DNA of 64,000 nt from Lama glama (taxonomy: Eukaryota), in the NCBI GenBank assembly GCA_028534125.1, contig CM052817.1:91762001-91826000 (forward strand), read 5' to 3'. Position 1 is the stretch's first letter; every line of letters starts with the position of its first letter. Below the pieces are notes generated by a model. The model was given only the letters and a program-made list of their open reading frames with translations, was not told where the DNA came from and searched no databases. The translations under genes and the position numbers were made by a program. Shown piece by piece: positions 59,552 to 64,000 of this stretch.

Positions 59552-62059
59552 GAGGATAACAATCATTCTGCCTCCCCAATATAGTTATCTCTCTTAGAAA
59601 GTGACTTGAGACAGAAGTTATATTGCTGCTTCCCCAGGGCTCAGAAAGGGCAGGTGCACAAAGTTAGGTGAGACAGCACAGGGGAAGCGACGAAAGATTT
59701 GCATCATACCTGTCACATATGTCAATAATCCATCCTGAAATTCAGGGAAGCCTCGAAGACTAACTTGAAATTTCATTAATAATAGTAATAAAAAAAATAC
59801 TAAGCCAACAACCACCCTAATATAATGCTGAATTTCACAGACATTTTACTGAAAAGGAAAGCAAGTAACTTTGGCTGCTCCTTAAAATGTAGACTTGTGG
59901 GTGTTGTCTTTTAAAAACAAAAAATACAAGGATGTCAACTAAATTTGAATTCAATTGAATGGGTCATGCTTTGTGCGTCATGCATATTATACATGAAATG
60001 TTTTTGAATGCATTTTAGTGAGTTTAAGGGTGAAATCAGAATGGCTTAAAAATCGGGGACAAGTTCCTGTTGAATTGTCAAAGCTATTTTGTGCTAGGTG
60101 CTTCTGGGGAATGGTTAAGGCACCACAGTTCACGTATTCGCTTTTACAAGAAACCAAAAAAGTGGAAGAAAGATTCCAAGTCACAGTTCCTAGGAAGGAA
60201 AGGACTCTGTTCTTTTCCCTATAACACAGATAGAGCTTCTGGGCATCAGGCTGACAAACCTCCCCACCACAGAGGTGCAGTGTCTTGAAGGCTGTAGGCT
60301 GGGTCTTTTAAGCAGACCCTCAAGGATGAGGTTTCAAGCTGACGCCGCTGCTTACAACACACAGTAGTGCTGCTGTCGGGATGGAAAACACTTCTGGGGG
60401 ATCCTGAGTTACTCTAGGAGAGAGCAGTCCACTGTGTGTTCCCACGCTTCTCAGCGTGCAGAAAGGCAGATTCTCTCCTTCATGCAGGCAGACATGCCCA
60501 CTCCACGCGCCCACCTGCCTGCCCCGTCTAAGCGAGACTGTATGTTCTCCTGCCCCGGTGTCTACAACGCCCGTGTTTGGATAGGGTGTCAGGGAGCACA
60601 TGAAAACCTCTTCTCTGAGGCTGGAAACTAGTTTCTATTGGACAGGCAGTTATTTCATCAGACATGGAAATGGAGCGGCTTTATTTTTTCTTCTAGAATG
60701 CCTTTTCTGTAATTTTCTTCTTCTTCTTTTTTTTTTGTTTTTACAAACAAAGGATAAGATCAGTCTCTGACACTGAATCAGATTCATTTTGCGTTATAAT
60801 CCTTGGCTTACAGACATGATGGACTCTCATGAGGCTTTAGGAAGTGCTGATATCTGCGAGGGCTTTAGAGAGAGGAAAAACTTTGAAAAAAGAAGATATT
60901 TTCCGCTTCACGTGTCTGACAAGGGTATGTGGGGCCAATTTACAGCAGGGGCTTAATATATTTTTGATGAAAATTGCTGCAATGTGGCACACAGATTAAA
61001 GAGAAAACAGCTATTTTGTAATGACAGCAGTAGATTCTGAAATGAAGCCCAGCTGGTACGAAGATCCTACGTGGATTTTAAGAGACGCTACCCTCTTTGC
61101 AAGCCTTTCAAGCGGCAGTTAGAAGTCCTCCAGGCTGGAGAACTACCTTATCAGAGTTCCCTGCGGGTGTGAGCTCTGTGTGGCTCCAAACTCTAAAGGA
61201 ATTGGTCCATTATAATGGAAAATCTAGTTACACACATGTGTTAAAAAAAAAAACACACAAACAAGCCAACATGGATTTCCAGGCCATGGTTTAGCTCACC
61301 CTTTCAGAAACTGTAGCAAACACTTAATATTAGAATAGGAAGCCAGAAGGCAGAGGCTAGCTCTATTCTTCACCAGTAGCGATTATCAAAAGGCTACAAT
61401 ATATAATGCTTTAAAATGATCACAAATCAAAAGAGGCAGGATATTCACCAAAGCCAAGTATAATGCCCGGAACATAGCAAGAATGAATGAATGAATGAAT
61501 GAATGGTGATTAGCACAAAGGCTCAGTAGTTGGGTTCGCAGATACTGTTTTACATCTGAGCGATGAACTCGGACCCAGGGAGCCTGAGGCAGATTACTTC
61601 ATTTTCCTTACATTCAATTTTCTCATCTGTAAAGTGAGGCTGCTGATTCACAGGCGTATTGTGATGCCTAAAAGTGTAATGTCCAAGAGCCTGGCCCAGA
61701 GCAGGTGCTCCAGACTAGACTGCTTGAAACCGCAGCTTTCAATTTGTTCTTGTAATTGAAGAAAATAATATGTCATGTGAAACTTCACAGTTTTACAGTT
61801 TACTTCAACTAAAGTTAGCATTATTTTAAAGTAATAAAACCACGATAGACATACATACATACACACACATGCTGATATCTGTAATCAGAGTCCAGTCCTG
61901 GCCATCTGGGTTCTGCCAGTGTCAGCACGATTGTGCTGTGGATGTGTTGTGAGGCACTGGTCTTGGGGTCAGGAAAGTGGAGTGAAAGGCCATGGTTAGG
62001 TTCTCTCTAAGCTAAAAAACGTCATGTGGCAGTGAAGAGATAAACCTAGAATGAAACAT

Positions 62060-62770
62060 TGGACAACTGATCTAGTTTCTTCAACAAGTTGAGGGGATAT
62101 AATAAAAAGGAGGCGAGGGGATGTACTGTTCTAGATTTTTTAAAAAGAGACTTAATCCAAACAGCACATCCTTGGTGGAAAGGGGTATCCTCCCAGTGAG
62201 GGCAGTGCTGGCTGGCCACGGGCCACGTGGAGAAGTAGAGAGCAAATTCAACTGTAGTTAGAACTTGCTTTAAAAACATTTCAGCAAGAGGAAAAAAAAG
62301 AATAAATGAAATAATTGTGCTTCCCCCTCCCCCCAACCCCTGCCCCACAAAGAGACTTAAAGATGTAACACCTAAATCCCATGATCCATAGGGGGACTAT
62401 GGATCATGGCCAACCATAAAACCAACCATAAAAGACACTTTTGAGGCCATGTTTGTATAGACTAAGCAATTACTAATAATTTTAGCTGTGATAATGAGAT
62501 TGTGGTTATGTAAGAAAATATTCATCTTTTAGAATTGATTATATATATACACATATATACGTATATATATATATATTTACAACGTAGGGGCAAAGTGACT
62601 GAGGTTTAGAATTTACTTAAGATATTTCAGCACAAAAAAAGGGTGGCAGGATCAGTGAAGGAAGGGTGACAGCATCTTGATAACTGAATTGGGGTGGCAC
62701 GTATCTAGGAGTTCATTGTAGGAGTTCCTCAATACTTGTTTCGTTTAAAACTTTTCTTAATAAAATACAA
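62060..62770 (+). mobile_element. Old L1MC/ME-like 3' UTR
   Basis: ctgttctaga...aagagacttaa...ataaaagacactttt...ttagctgtgataatg..attgtggttatgtaagaaaat...ggagttcattgta. Contains an internal insertion and a (TA)-rich patch at 62540-62576. Confidence 0.7.
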
Positions 62771-64000
62771 AAAAAATCACCTATTCTTTTTGTGACTTGG
62801 TGCCAAAAATTTAAAATGAGTGGTATGCATTGAGTCATATGAAACTGCCATTTCTGTAGCTCAAACAAGTTGAATGTTAGCACCTTTATATGGTTCAATC
62901 CAACCGAATCCAAGGATTCTCAAAGTGCCTGTTATCGCTGACATTCTACCCCTAACCCTAGACAGAGCTAAACTCTGCACACAGCTCAATATCCAAAGTT
63001 GTCGGACATTACTCTACAGGGATGGGCACAAAATGTTAGCCGGTTTGCTGATCACCTTCAGTAACTGCTTCTGTTACAACTGTACTGCAGTTGTTAGAAT
63101 TGAAAGGCACGGGCCCAACTACACCTGGGACCAAGCTTTAGACTTTTCCGTAGTTCTGCTACATGGAAAGTACTTATCTACCTCCAGGAGGCTCCACATC
63201 TATCTTTAAAATGCAGATAACAATGCTACTCTTTTCACAAATTAGTTCAAACTGTAATGAATTTTTAAAAGGGGTTAGTTTAAAATGTCTCCTTTAAACC
63301 TCTCAGAAATATTGAATGTAGGGTATGAAACATGAGTAAAAAACCCCAAATCTTCTTGCCTTTTGTAGCCCACATCTTACTTATCGTAAAGTGTAATAAC
63401 CAAATGATAAAATCCATAAAGGCCATAGCTGTTCCCTGCCGTGGCTTTTTACGGTCGAGCCCACTGACCACTGGTCATGATGCGCCTTCCTGATGCTCTT
63501 TATCCCAGGAATCTCCCAAATACAGTGTCACATCACTTATAGTCTTTGAGGTAAGACAGAAAAGAACCACAAAAATACTGCTTCCTCTGAGTGTAGAAAG
63601 TGGAATCCTGCAGAGTCTGACATTCTGGCCATTTCTAAACTGAGTCCAGACCTCACCTCCAAAATTAAAGAAAATAACAAAACTACTTTTGGTAATGTAC
63701 TTTTAAAATAGGGAAAGTTATTCAATTTAAGTAGGATCTATAAGCATTTCTTTTTCAATCCTGATCCTCTACGTAGCCTGTTTGTGACTTTCACCCATTA
63801 AATGTTATATTTTTAATACCTAATAAGTTTATCTCTTTATCTGAACTGGGCAGATTAAAAACAGCTGAATCTCTTGCTCTATGAGTAATTAGTTCAGGCA
63901 GTTAAAGCAGTCTCAGCTATGGGTAAGGTTCTGAGTTTCTTTCCAGGGGTTTCTTCTCTGTACCAGGGTAATGAGAGCATTCCGAGCCCATCCAGCCTTG

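Larger units (their letters stand above)
2808..64000 (-). other. MAML3: Long intron upstream of the exon (likely MAML3 intron 2), continuing beyond the window
   Basis: No other MAML-like coding sequence was seen, and the region is repeat-rich non-coding DNA. Mammalian MAML3 is known to have very long 5' introns. Confidence 0.8.

Noticed and set aside
60439..60446. Perfect CSL/RBPJ site (CGTGGGAA on the minus strand) and other GTGGGAA hits such as 31546-31553
   Set aside because: Several such 7-mers are expected by chance in 64 kb, and no paired-site arrangement was found.
63466..63478. TGACCactGGTCA palindrome as an estrogen response element
   Set aside because: The half-sites are everted relative to the ERE consensus GGTCAnnnTGACC.

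Overview
Mammalian nuclear DNA, very probably from a camelid (six tRNA-Ala-derived Vic-1-like SINEs). The whole window appears to lie inside one minus-strand gene that I recognise as MAML3, the Mastermind-like Notch co-activator. Only one coding exon is supported: 2565-2807, 243 nt, phase 0/0, EQHPVGLP...QQQQQQILAEQ. It matches my recollection of human exon 3, so 1-2564 would be intron 3 and 2808-64000 part of the very long intron 2. The rest is intronic: an intragenic CpG island (about 7250-8540), a second smaller CpG-rich patch (about 19200-19700), several motif-dense candidate enhancers, and many transposon relics (L1, L2, L3/CR1, MIR, MER2, MER3, MER5, MER104, MLT1, a MER41-like solo LTR). 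The other ORFs in the track look like chance. The best leads are: (1) a 127-nt candidate exon at 6601-6727 between the CpG island and the coding exon, which would be either a poison exon or part of an internal transcript for an N-terminally truncated MAML3; (2) a MER41-like LTR that keeps a STAT GAS site; (3) an isolated L1 5' end flanked by apparent target-site duplications. I found no new multi-gene system. Gene and repeat names come from recognising remembered sequences, not from database searches.
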